NCBI GenBank assembly: GCA_004431415.1
Contig: QPMI01000459.1
Location: 1-64,000 of the forward strand
Reading direction: 5' to 3'
Source: Cyanophora paradoxa CCMP329
Lineage: Eukaryota > Plantae > Glaucophyta
Length of the DNA: 64,000 nt
In this document: piece by piece, positions 1 to 10,600 of the stretch
How positions within the stretch are numbered: position 1 is the stretch's first letter
Layout of the letters: each line of letters begins with the position of its first letter
Notes under the pieces: model-generated
Told to the model about the DNA's origin: nothing
The model's database searches: none
Seen by the model: the letters and a program-made list of their open reading frames with translations, nothing else
Translations under genes and position numbers: made by a program

Positions 1-20
1 ATCTGAATGAAGGGGGTAAA

Positions 21-1076
21 ATGGCCAAGGACCCCAAGAAGCCGAAGAAGCCGAAGGCGGCCAAGCCCCAGCCCGCCCAGCCCGCAGGCGCCCCGCGGCC
101 CCGCCCCGCCGGCCAGGCCACCGGCACGGGCTCGGGCACGGCCCCCGCCGCCGGCGCCAGCTGCGCCATGGGCATGACGAGGACGGCCACAGCTCACGCC
201 CGAGCAGGTCAACGCCTTCCTCGACAACTCGAAGACGGGCGGCATCGAGCGCATGGCCTGCCTGCCCGAGCTCAAGTGGTTCGACGTGAACACGTCAAGT
301 CCGACGCCACCGTCGTCTGCGTCGGCAAGCGGCGCACGGGCAAGTCCTTCTTCCTCCGCGATCTCATGTTCAACCTCTCCGGCACCTTCCCGGGGGGTAT
401 CGTGATCAGCCAGACCGATCGCCTGAACGGGTACTGGAAGCAGTACATACCCCAGCGCTTCATCTGGCCCAAGTACAACCGGGCGTGCTCTTCCATTTAT
501 TCAGGAGGCAGCAGGCGATCATGCAGCACAACAAGTCCGAAGACGTGCTCGCGGAAAGGAGGATCCCGTCGACCCGCGATTTTTCGTGCTGCTCGACGAC
601 GTGATTTCCGACGCTCGGCTGCGGTACGACGAGGCCCTCAACGAGCTCTTCGTGGCGGGGCGCCACTACAAAATCATGACCTTATCACGACGCAGTATGC
701 CAAGGGCATCAATCCGTCCTGCGCTCCAATACTGATCTGGCTGTCATTTTCAAGTGCTCGCAGGCGATGCAGCGCGAGGCCCTCGCAAAGGAGTGGGGCG
801 ACATCATATCCCAGCGCGCCTTCTACTACCTGCTCGACAAGTACACGCAGGATAACCACTGCCTTATCATCGATTCTTCCAACAACTCTACGAACCCTCT
901 GGACGTTCTGTACGTCTACAGGCCGAGGAGCCGCCCCCTTCCGCATCGGATCCAAGGAGTACTGGGAGGGCGAAACCGTCAACGGAGAAAATCTCGTGGG
1001 TCCGGACGACGGCACGGTGGACAAGACGCTCCTGGGCATGATAGATAATTTCAGGAAGCACCGCGGCCTCGCCTGA
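21..1076 (+). CDS. A32: A32-like (FtsK-HerA) genome packaging ATPase, broken by roughly ten frameshifts
   Basis: Walker A VVCVGKRRTGKS; in other frames Walker B RFFVLLDDVISD, ELFVAGRHYKI, ITTQYAKG, LRSNTDLAVIF and C-terminal PFRIGSKEYW. Confidence 0.9.
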   Translation: MAKDPKKPKKPKAAKPQPAQPAGAPRPRPAGQATGTGSGTAPAAGASCAMGMTRTATAHARAGQRLPRQLEDGRHRAHGLPARAQVVRREHVKSDATVVCVGKRRTGKSFFLRDLMFNLSGTFPGGIVISQTDRLNGYWKQYIPQRFIWPKYNRACSSIYSGGSRRSCSTTSPKTCSRKGGSRRPAIFRAARRRDFRRSAAVRRGPQRALRGGAPLQNHDLITTQYAKGINPSCAPILIWLSFSSARRRCSARPSQRSGATSYPSAPSTTCSTSTRRITTALSSILPTTLRTLWTFCTSTGRGAAPFRIGSKEYWEGETVNGENLVGPDDGTVDKTLLGMIDNFRKHRGLA

Positions 1077-1102
1077 TTTTTTCTGAGGCTTCGTGCGTAA
1101 GC

Positions 1103-1447
1103 ATGTCGCCCAGCGCCCACATCGCCTCCGTCTTCCGCGTCGAGTCCATCGTCTACGACTGCCTTCTGGAGTCAAGCCTCGACCCCTCCTCGCCCTTCAA
1201 CGACGGCGAGGTCAGCAGCGCCCTGGAGAGGATCTGCGACGCGCTGGGAATTAACTGGGAGCGCCTCACGTCGGAGGCGGCGGACGAGGCCGCGGCCGAG
1301 TCGCTGGGCAGCGAGGACACCAGCTCGGAAGAGATGACAGACGAAGAGGGAGACAGGGTTATTTACGTGCGCGACCCGGACGACTTTGCAACCTCGGAAT
1401 CGAGCTCGGAGGAGGAAGAGACCGAGGACGAGGACTCCGACGCCTAG
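1103..1447 (+). CDS. Viral hypothetical protein with acidic C-terminus (114 aa)
   Basis: Clean ORF, preceded by the viral upstream motif (TTTTTTCTG, 21 nt before ATG). Confidence 0.7.
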   Translation: MSPSAHIASVFRVESIVYDCLLESSLDPSSPFNDGEVSSALERICDALGINWERLTSEAADEAAAESLGSEDTSSEEMTDEEGDRVIYVRDPDDFATSESSSEEEETEDEDSDA

Positions 1448-1482
1448 GCGCGCCCCTTAAAAATTTCCGAGGCGCTAGGAAA

Positions 1483-1827
1483 ATGTCAAAGGTGCTCCTA
1501 GGGCTCTCCCAGGCTATCGTGCAGTACGCCCTCGGCCTGGCATCCGGCTCCCTCATCGACGCCGCCTTCTCCTCGCACGAAGGCGAAAACAGGGCGGGCC
1601 ACGCGGCCGAGCTCGCCGCGCAGGTCGCCGTCAACGGCCTCTCCCTCGGCCTGCTCTCGAAGTACGTGCTCACCCTCAAGTTCTTCGACGACGACCCCAC
1701 CGGCGGAATTATGTTCATCCTCGGATTCACACACGGGCAGACGAACATGCTAATCAAGGCTACCAGCGCTAGCTTCGGAATCAAGCAGGCGCTCGAGCGG
1801 AAGGCCGCCGCGATCACTAAAGAGTAG
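1483..1827 (+). CDS. Viral hydrophobic membrane/envelope protein (114 aa)
   Basis: Three hydrophobic segments (QYALGLASGSLID, AELAAQVAVNGLSL, PTGGIMFILGF..Q); upstream motif present; next to the ATPase. Confidence 0.7.
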   Translation: MSKVLLGLSQAIVQYALGLASGSLIDAAFSSHEGENRAGHAAELAAQVAVNGLSLGLLSKYVLTLKFFDDDPTGGIMFILGFTHGQTNMLIKATSASFGIKQALERKAAAITKE

Positions 1828-2777
1828 GAAAGAAATGCCAGTCGTTGTACTCGCAGATCCTGTTCCAAATCGAATCTAACTCCGAGAGTTTCTGCCTGCT
1901 CTTGAGCAAGGGGAAAAAGGGGAGGTGCTGGGGCAAATCTAGCAGCACGAAAATCTGCCTGAATACGTAATTGTAGTTGAGCATGTTCTTCCTGCCCTGT
2001 GACTTGAACATGCTGAAGGGGACCTCCACCAGGGCGAACATCTCCTGCACCCGGTCCATGTCCTCCGCGCTCATCGGAGGCGGGCGCTCGCCCGTGATGC
2101 GCCACTTGATCTGCGCCCAGCGCTCGATGTACTTCTGCTGCTTCAGAGCCCGGAGAACTTGGCGGATATTGTCTTTGCTCCACTCCTTCCCCGCCATGCG
2201 CCTCGCAATAGCTGCCAGCACGTCCTCGGGTACCGGAGAATCCTCCAGGCAGTGCTGCTTAAGTCGCTCAGATACGTGGTACTTCCGCAGGTAGTTGCTG
2301 TGGAGCTCGCTGACAGCCAGGGGTTGATGGTCCGGATAATAAAGATCCAGGACCAGACCGCAGCTTTGGCAAACCAGATCCCCATCCAGGTGAACACCAA
2401 CGAGGGCGGTAGAGCCGCAATTTCCGCAGGGGACAGCGGCTTCGCCTTGGGGGCCTTGGGTGCGGCGGTTGCGCTTGCGGGGGCGCTCTCCGGCCCGAGG
2501 TAGGAGTTGGCGATGGCGGCGGCGGCGGCGGGGTACGGTGCCGGAGCGTCGAAGTCTGGGTCCCCCTCGTCGTGAAGGATGGCTCCGTAGCGCTGGATCT
2601 GCTCAAAGTTTCGGAGGAGGAGATCGATTTCGCCAGAGTCTGCCATTCCTCCGAGTCCTCGTACTGCAGCTGGGCTATTCCCTTGCAGAAGTGGCAAACG
2701 GGCTTCGCGCAATCGAGTGGGTCCCAGCCGCAGGTGAGCCCGCAGATGTGACAGAAGGCGTTGCTCAGGTGATTCAT
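1817..2777 (-). CDS. VLTF3: Viral late transcription factor 3 (VLTF3, poxvirus A2-like), frameshifted; start at 2777 or 2646
   Basis: Zn-ribbon ...DGDLVCQSCGLV, YLRKYHVSERLKQ, and C-terminal RKNMLNYNYVFRQIFVLL...FPLLKSRQKL...IWNRICEYNDWHF, characteristic of the VLTF3 family. Confidence 0.9.
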
Positions 2778-2877
2778 GTGAGGCTCAGGTGGTGCTCAGG
2801 TGAGGTGCGGACGTACCCCGGGGCCCCACGTGGAAGCTCACCCCAGCCTCGGAAAATTTTCTAGGCCTTGGTCTGAC

Positions 2878-3720
2878 ATGCTCAACCTCATCGCGAGGGG
2901 CGTGGCAGCAAACAGGCAAGCCCGGGCACCGAACCCTCACCTCCGCATGGACGCCTCCGGCCGCTCCCGGGTAGAGACTCACATCGTGGTGGGCAACATC
3001 AACGACAAGGTGCTGGCGCCCGACAAGACGTGGTTCCAGAAGGTGCTGGACGCGGCGCCCGTGAGGAAACTGAACGGAGAGGATCGGCCCCAGCGCGAGT
3101 CGAATTTCATGATCACCATCCAGACCAACTACAAGCCGCGGAGCAGGGGAGAAGGCTCCAAGGTGCAGGACGCCTTTCACAGGGGGCTGGAGGCCCTCTT
3201 CTACGACGACAGGCAGCTGGCGCGGTGCATAAAGATGGGGGTGTACCCCGACAAGGCGAACCCCAAGGGCTTCGATTTCAAGTCCGACCAGTACGACACG
3301 CACGTGGAGAAGGGTAACGCGAACATCGGCATCGAGTACGGGCCGCGGTCGGGGCGGCTCCACGCGCACATCCTGCTCACGCTGGTGCACTACTCGCGCG
3401 TGCAATTCGACGGCAAGCGGGCGTCGGATTTCCTCATCAAGTTCATGCAAACGGAGGGACAGGGCGGCCTGCCGAATTTCTACAAGGACGACTGGTTCGG
3501 GGAGGAGTACCAGAAGACGGCGGTGCGGCCGATACGGAGAAAGGACGCCCTCGGCATGCAGTGGACGGGCAAGGAGACGGGCTACAGGAAGCGAGAAACC
3601 GCCAGGCAGATGCACGTAGACGTAAAATTGCTGCCGCAGAGCAACCTTAAGGATCTGCTGCAGCTGTACATTACGAAGACGGTAGAGGCCCTCGAGACGG
3701 GCGCTGTAAAGCTCGTGTAA
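2878..3720 (+). CDS. HUH-superfamily endonuclease, short paralog (280 aa)
   Basis: Motif I NFMITIQTN, motif II IEYGPRSGRLHAHILL, motif III LYITK (YxxK); ATG 2878 lies 18 nt after the upstream motif. Confidence 0.85.
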   Translation: MLNLIARGVAANRQARAPNPHLRMDASGRSRVETHIVVGNINDKVLAPDKTWFQKVLDAAPVRKLNGEDRPQRESNFMITIQTNYKPRSRGEGSKVQDAFHRGLEALFYDDRQLARCIKMGVYPDKANPKGFDFKSDQYDTHVEKGNANIGIEYGPRSGRLHAHILLTLVHYSRVQFDGKRASDFLIKFMQTEGQGGLPNFYKDDWFGEEYQKTAVRPIRRKDALGMQWTGKETGYRKRETARQMHVDVKLLPQSNLKDLLQLYITKTVEALETGAVKLV

Positions 3721-3743
3721 ATTTTTTCTCGTGTCCAATAAAT

Positions 3744-5773
3744 ATGCCTCCGAAGCGCCGAGGCCGCAAGAAGAAGCCAGAGAGCTCGAGCGAGTCAGAG
3801 GAAGAGGAGCCCACGTCCCCGTCCTCCGAGTCGGAGGAAGAAGAGGAGGAAGAGGAAGAGGAGCCGGAGCCTAAGCCGAAGGGCAAGGGCAAGGGGAAGG
3901 GAAAGGGAAAGGCAAAGGGAAACGCGCCGATACCGGCGTGGACGAGCTCGAGACGCCCGTCGTTGAGATTCCGAAGCGATACGTGCTGGTTCAGGGCGAG
4001 GACGGCATATTCCAGCAGCAGAAGAGCATATCCGATTACATCAAGCTCTCGGCCACCAAAGAAGTTCAGATGCTCCCATCGCTGCTCGATAAATCATACC
4101 ACGAGCCCGCGACCCTCTGGAGCATCCACAGCGAAATCGAGTACGATAAACTCCCCGAGGAGCGACTGCGCGCCATACCGCGCACGTACCAGAGCGCGCA
4201 GAAATCGCCGCCGATCTGCTACCGCTGCCTTCGCCTCATGTACGAGGCCACGCCCGTGCCGAGCGCCAAGGGGGCCAACACGCCAGAGAAAATCGCCGCG
4301 AGGGAGGCAGCGCAGGCGAGGAAGGATGCCGTGTACGAAGAGTACATTGCAGTCATAGAGAAGGCAAACGCGTGGGCAGCCAAGCAAAACGGCAAGGGAA
4401 AGAAAAAGGGCCAGGAGCCGTACCCCCTCATCAAGGACAAGAAGCCGGCGCAGGTGCCCACGGTGTCGCCCAGAAACTCGTGGCTCTGCCAGAAGTGCGT
4501 CACGTTGCTCGGCAACAAGGGCCTGCTCGTGATCTTGGGCCTGCAGAGGCGAAAGAGGGGCGACACGGCCACCGTCTCCAAGCAGACGCGCGACCACATG
4601 GTCGAGAGCGTGCTCGGCGGGCCGAAGCCAAAGACCACGAAAAAGGCAAAGGATACGGCCGCTGACTTCGGATCGTCCGTCATCGAGCCCAACTCCGCAC
4701 AGTCGAAAATCAGAAAGGCGAAAATCGTGGCGCCGAGCATGGAAGATTTAATGGCAACCTTCGCGGACGCGCAAGAGGTGAAGCAGAACATAGAGAAGGC
4801 GAAAACGGGACTGCAGGCGGCGCAGGCAAACGGGCTGGAGGCGCTCGAGAAGGTGATCACGGAAATCAGCGAGACGGGGCGGTCGGTCTTCATCCTCAAC
4901 AAAAAGAACCCCGACGGAAGCACGCGGTACGACATACGACAGGCGCGCCAGTCGCGCTACTGGGTGCTCTTCAACACCCACAAGCGCCTGGGAGAGGCGC
5001 GAGAATTCGAGGCGGCGGCGCTGCGCGACAGCCTCGCAGAGGTGCTCTCGGACGCAGAATTCTACAAGTTCATCCGCTTCAATTTGAAGGAGGAGAACGG
5101 CAAGTACAAGGACGACACGTACGCCAACGCAATCATCGGAATTCGCGTGCAAGGGGGCGTGGAGGTGGGGCCGACGGACGGGGCGCTGCACGCCCACGTG
5201 CTGGTGACGATCGATCACATATCGAACCTGCAGGTGCTGTGGGCGAATTACGACTGGGTGGTGCTGCTCAAGGAGAAGGAGCCGGGCACCACGACGGTGT
5301 ACGAGCGGCTGCACCAAATTCTGTCCGCGAAATTCACGGCGGCCGGGCAGCGCCTCGTAGACCAGAAGAGAGCAGAGGCAGGGCCGCAGCCGAGCATCGA
5401 TACGATGGTGGAAATCGCAGAGCTCGAGCGCATGCTGACGGAAGAGAAGATAGGCATGGGGAAAGATCCGCCCACCGTCCTTGCGTCGCTGATTCCGGAG
5501 GAAAATTACGCGAGCAAGCTGCAGGAGTACCTCTCGAAGACGCTGCCCGACAAGCAGAGGCGCGATTTACTGAAAGAGTGGTCGCACGCGCGAAACACGA
5601 ACAACACCGACAACAACACGGACGGGTACCTCTTCACGATTTTCCAAGCGGACGCCGGCCAGGCGGACGACCCCCGCTTTGCGCCGCAGGCCGCGGAAAT
5701 CGGCGATCTGAGGGCCAGGGGCCGAGGGCGCGGAAAGGGCAAGGGGCGCGGAAGGGGCAGGGGTAGCGGGTAA
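3744..5773 (+). CDS. HUH-superfamily endonuclease, long paralog (~676 aa, one frameshift near 3925-3935)
   Basis: YWVLFNTH, VEVGPTDGALHAHVLVTIDH, EYLSK (YxxK); N-terminal NLS-like PKRRGRKKK, acidic tract, CxxC pair (CYRC/CQKC), KG/RG-repeat tails. Confidence 0.85.
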
Positions 5774-5794
5774 TTGTTCTGACGCGCCCGCAAG

Positions 5795-6186
5795 ATGTTC
5801 GAGGGGCATGCACCCACTCGGACGTCATCACCGTAATCTGCGGCGCGCTCTTCCTGGTTTCCGAGCTCCTGGGCGGCACGGAGCGCGTGCGTCCCAACAC
5901 CGTGCTGGGCGCCCTGAAGGCGGCGGCCCTGAGGGTCGTGCGTCGCGGCGAGCCCGAGCCCGAGCCCCCACCCGAGCAGCAGAGGCGCGAGAGCGTGCAG
6001 GCGATCGGCCCGCACCACGTGGACATCCAGATGACGCAGACCGGTACGCGTTTTTTTCTAGAGAACATGGGAAATGGAGACTCCCGCGACAACAGCCCCC
6101 AGCGCAGAGGCTCCGTCGTCCTGCCCCGGCAGCAGCAGCAACAGTACGAGCACCAGCACCAGCACAGCGTTCCCTTGGCTTCTTAG
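5795..6186 (+). CDS. Small viral membrane protein (frameshift near 5805-5815)
   Basis: Motif-preceded ATG at 5795; the 5887-ORF frame reads DVITVICGALFLVSELLGGTERVRPNTVL (hydrophobic helix followed by SExL...N). Confidence 0.55.
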
Positions 6187-6442
6187 GACTTACGCGCGAA
6201 AGAAGCAGCAGCAGCCGAAGGAGCCGGCCGAAATGGCGGCTGACCTGGATCGGTGCACCCGCCGCGCCATCGCGAGCTACGCCAAGCGGGTCGAGCAGTA
6301 CCACCCCAGATGGCAGAGGACGCCAGGGCGTACGCGAAAAACCCCGCCGCGAGCCCGCCGTGATGGCCGCCGTCATCGACCGGCTGCAGTGGGCGCTGCA
6401 CGAGGAGGGGAGCGGGTGAGGAATTTCTTCATGCCCAAGTAA
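6074..6442 (+). CDS. Viral hypothetical protein (probably with internal frameshifts)
   Basis: ATG 17 nt after TTTTTTTCTA; stop immediately before the next motif. Confidence 0.55.
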   Translation: METPATTAPSAEAPSSCPGSSSNSTSTSTSTAFPWLLRTYARKKQQQPKEPAEMAADLDRCTRRAIASYAKRVEQYHPRWQRTPGRTRKTPPRARRDGRRHRPAAVGAARGGERVRNFFMPK

Positions 6443-6464
6443 ATTTCTGAATGGGCCCTTAACA

Positions 6465-6653
6465 ATGTCGTCCATGCTCCCGAGCCTCGATGATATCACC
6501 AGCGATTCCCGCTACCTGGGCAGCCTGCTGACCCTCGGCGCGGTCGCCTACATGTCGCCCGCGCGCTACTACCTCGTGCGGATCCTCGCCGCGCAGTTCG
6601 CGGGCTACTACTTCGTGGGGCCCTACCTCCTCAACGGCCTGAGGAAGGCATAA
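6465..6653 (+). CDS. Small viral membrane protein (62 aa)
   Basis: Two hydrophobic stretches; upstream motif AAATTTCTG. Confidence 0.65.
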   Translation: MSSMLPSLDDITSDSRYLGSLLTLGAVAYMSPARYYLVRILAAQFAGYYFVGPYLLNGLRKA

Positions 6654-6676
6654 TTTCTCAGGCCCCTTCCTAAATA

Positions 6677-7126
6677 ATGTCCTGCGTCAACCTCTACGTC
6701 CAGTCGAACGGAGAGACGCAGGATTCCGAGGGCTTCTGGCGCCTCAGGCTGAACCAGATCCCCGCCGACATCGACACGCTGCAGATCAAGGGAGTCTACC
6801 TGGAGCTGGATACGACCGCGATTCCGGACCCCACCGCCGCGAAAACCGTCAACGTTCTGCTGATGGACGTGCCCGACTTGAACGTCACGACCATCTCGAA
6901 CGTCAACACGTGCATCAACAAGGTCGTGATCCCGACGTGGGGCCACGACGGCCTCGAGAACACCATCCTCTACTGGTTCGAGGTGCCCATGGCCGTGCGC
7001 CCCAACTACGTCGCGTACGACAAGTTCCAGGAGCTGCGCGTGCGCTTCACCGACATCACGGGCGCCACCAAGAAGAACAACGCCTTCATCGTCAAGAACT
7101 TCGGCCTCTGGGCCTTTGCGAAATAG
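6677..7126 (+). CDS. Putative single-jelly-roll minor capsid (penton-like) protein (149 aa)
   Basis: All-beta pattern LYVQS...WRLRL...IDTLQIKGVYLE...NVLLMDV...ELRVRFTDITG, resembling minor capsid proteins of Bamfordvirae; fold is inferred. Confidence 0.55.
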   Translation: MSCVNLYVQSNGETQDSEGFWRLRLNQIPADIDTLQIKGVYLELDTTAIPDPTAAKTVNVLLMDVPDLNVTTISNVNTCINKVVIPTWGHDGLENTILYWFEVPMAVRPNYVAYDKFQELRVRFTDITGATKKNNAFIVKNFGLWAFAK

Positions 7127-7146
7127 ATTTTCGCAGGCCCCCTTAA

Positions 7147-7623
7147 ATGCGCCTGATCATATTTCCGCGGAAGGGCTCGGGCGTCAAGACGCGCACCTTT
7201 GCGGGCGTGCCAGGCTACCCCTCGCCCCTCACTTACAGAGTCGATCTTGTAACCGCCTCTGGTCCAATTAAATACGGGCTGCTGCACAGCCTCAGTCACA
7301 TCCGTCTCGGCGAGAGCGCATGGCAGGACTTGGCCTTAATCGTAGAATTCGAGTACAGGGGGGTAGACACGCTCACGGGCGAGCACTTCTACAGGGTACG
7401 GGTAGCGAGGGAGGGGTACTCGCTGCCGAACGGCACGGGCGGGGAATACTGGGAGCCGAAAATACGCGACGCCTCCGAGGCCTACCGCTGGCTGCGCGAC
7501 GAGCAGATCGTTGTCAGGCCCGATTACCCCTACGCCGACGTTTTCTGGCAGGTGCCGGCGGGCCAGTGGACGACGGGCGAGGTGAGCGGCAAGCTGAAGT
7601 GGACCTGGGAGGCGGAGCGCTAG
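7147..7623 (+). CDS. Viral hypothetical beta-rich protein (158 aa)
   Basis: Clean ORF between two copies of the upstream motif. Confidence 0.65.
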   Translation: MRLIIFPRKGSGVKTRTFAGVPGYPSPLTYRVDLVTASGPIKYGLLHSLSHIRLGESAWQDLALIVEFEYRGVDTLTGEHFYRVRVAREGYSLPNGTGGEYWEPKIRDASEAYRWLRDEQIVVRPDYPYADVFWQVPAGQWTTGEVSGKLKWTWEAER

Positions 7624-7649
7624 TTAATTTTTCTCTCTCGCGAACAGAA

Positions 7650-10600
7650 ATGTCGATGCTTGCAGACCCCTGGCGCATGGCCATCCCGAATCCCGACGAG
7701 GTGCTGAACGGCGCCTTCGCGATAGACGGGAGCCTGAGCGTGAGGGGAATTTACGCGGACGAGATTCGGCTGCGGCAGGGATCCACGTACAACGATTTCC
7801 TGACGACCATAGGCTCGCTGGCGGACTACGGGGACCTCACCGCAATTATCAAGGGGCTCTGGGGGGTCACGACCGAGACGGGCGTGGACTGGAACATTAT
7901 TAAGAGGGCGGCCGACGTGAAAATCGCAAACTCCGTCACCGCAAAGGATGCCACCCTCAACCTCGTAAAACTGACTCTAAAGGGCGCAGAGGGGGACGTG
8001 AGGCCCGGGTACAACGCCCTCGAGCGCATCGCGGGCCCATTGCGCCACATCTACTGGAGCCGACAGGCGCTGCCGAGCATGGAGCCCGAGCAGTACAGGC
8101 GCGACAGGGAGGAGTTTTTCGCGTGGTTCGACCACTTCAAGGTCAACATCCGCGCCCTGAGCGCCGACAGGACGGGCGAGACGCCGGAGACGACGGGCGG
8201 GGGCCGCATCCCGACGGCGCCCGACGTGCTCCCCGATCGCTCGGACTGGGCGAAGACGCAGAACTGGGCGCTGAAGGACCACTTCCACGACGAGAGGTAC
8301 GCCCTCGTCAAGCACCCGCACGTGAAGGCCGACATCACGGACTGGGCGCACCGCCACCTGTACGACGACATCATCGGCGGGCCCAAGGTGCCGGGTGCGA
8401 TTCCGGGTGGGGGTACGGGTGGTGGAAGCACGGGAGGTGGGGGTACAGGCACCGGGGGTGGGGGTACAGGCACCGGGGGTGGGGGTACAGGCACCGGGGG
8501 TGGGGGTACAGGCACGGGGGGCGGAGGGGGCTCCAGCGGCACGCCAGTGGGCGGGGGCGGGGGCAGCAGCGGCTCGGGTGGCGGCGGCTCAGGCGGGGAG
8601 GCATGGATAAGGTAGCAGGCCTCGCCACTTCAACGGCCATCTTCGGGGGCGCCCTCATCGTAGGCGGCATCAAATACTACAAGGATCGGAAGGGTTCGTG
8701 AGGCAAATCGACGAGCTGAACGCGAGACCCCCCATTAAATTCGATACCGAGGACGCGCAGCGCGAGTACTACAAACTCGAGAACGAAAAGAAGCAATGGA
8801 GCGAGCTGAAAGACAAGGAAATGACAGAGGTCGCGGAGAAGAAGGCGGAAGCGAACAAGCTGATGACAGACGCGCAAAGGCAAGAAGAGAGCGCCCTCAC
8901 GGCGCTAAGGTCGGCAGAGCGCCAGGTCGCGGAAGAGCGCACAAAAATGATACTCGATGCCGAGGAGGAGCTGAAGAGGATAAACGAGCAAAGGGAAGCC
9001 GCCAAGGCGAAAAAGCTGCAGGAAATTGAAGCGCTGACCGCAGGCACCGAGCTGCTTGAGGCGCAGAGGAAAGAGATCGAGGATAGGAAGAAGAAATTGG
9101 AAAAGGAGGCAGAAACGAGAAGGCAGCTGCTGGAAGAGGAAGAGGAAACGAGGAGAAAGGCAGGAGAGCTGCAAACGGGGGCGGTGCAGGAGGCGAACAG
9201 GCTCCGGGAGGAAATCAAAAATTTAAAGGAGGCCGCCGAGCGCGCGGACCAGCAGTCGAAAAAATTCAAGGCCAACGCGGACGGGCTGGCACAGAGGCTG
9301 CTCAAGTACGCGGCCACCGCAGAGGCACGCTCGCCCATGGGGACGGCCGAGACGCAGACGACGCCGAGGCCCGATCCGAGGCCGGCCGCCGAGAGGCTGC
9401 CCTTCGCGCGGCTGGGTAGGAGCGACCAGGTGGAAGAGCTCATTGGCCTCACGCTCGAGGATCAGAGGGCCCTCTTCGACGCGTTAGAGCAGCGGCGCAG
9501 GGCGGACGAGGAGGCAGCTGCCAAGACAGAAGAGGAACGACTGAAGGCAATGCAAACTGCATCAGACGAGGAATTTGCACGGCTGGAGGAGCCGAAGGTA
9601 GCGGAGCGTAAGCGACGACTGGAGACGTTCAGGGGGGCGCAGATGGATTTTTACCGCTCGGAGCTCAAAAAACTCGCAGATGGAAAAGCATCAGGGGACA
9701 GGGTCCGCGCCATGGAAGAGAACATGCGCGACTTTAGCTACGTTATGGATCAGCTGACGGGAAGGGGTCAGAAAGACGCCGAAGAACTGAGGAGAAAGAT
9801 GGCCGATGAGAAGTGGAAAAACTTTGAGCGTCAGGCTGTTCAGAGGCCCATCAGCGATGCCATCTGGATAGCATACGGCGACGTGGAGGAGATGCACCGC
9901 GAACTGCGGACGGAAGTGAGCCTATGGCGGGGAGCCCTGGAATGGTCACTGTACCGGATGCAAAAGGGAAAGTTTGTGGCAGAGCTGCGAGCCAATCCGA
10001 AAACGGTGAGCATCGGCGCACAGAGCGCGTACGTCGGCATGATCAATTACGTGGAGAAGCTGAGCAAGTTTTGGGAAAAGCGAAGAGCCGTCATTCCAGC
10101 GGAGGGGCTTGCACAGTACGACGCCATGGTGCGCGATCTGGAGGCCTTTAAACGTGAGCATCCACCCGCCAAATACAAGCTTTACATAGATACAACGGCG
10201 TTCATAGGCGATCTAAGGAAGAGAGGAGACGAGGCCAAGAGTCAGATCGAGGAGCGCTACAGAAAGGCCCAAGCGGACAAGGAGTACGCAAACAGGGTGA
10301 TCGAAGAGCGGAAGCAGCAAGCCAAGGAGAACGCGGCGAGACGCAACGCCGAGATAGAAGAGCAGAGGCGGAAGATCGCAGAGCGCAAGGCGGCAGAGGA
10401 AGAGGCAAGAAAGACCAAGGTAGAGACAGAGTACCAAGCATTGAAACGGGAGGCCAATCAACTGTTAAAAAGGAGGGGAAGGGCCTACGCCGACGAGGGC
10501 GCGGGCGTGGGCTCGGCCAGCCCGGACGATATCACGCTCGCGGAGAGGGACGACGTTTCCGTGGAGGAAATGCGCCCGGGCACAGCTCGCCTGCCCTCCG

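Noticed and set aside
2878-5773. Helitron or CRESS-virus Rep
   Set aside because: No PIF1 or SF3 helicase domain is fused, and the genes sit in a dsDNA-virus gene array with the shared promoter motif.
7320-8698. ORF-track starts at 7320 and 8698 (also 2800, 3938, 13329, 16990, 20779)
   Set aside because: They are non-ATG starts overlapping neighbours or following frameshifts; motif-linked ATGs at 7650, 2878, 3744, 13033, 17113 and 20695 fit better.
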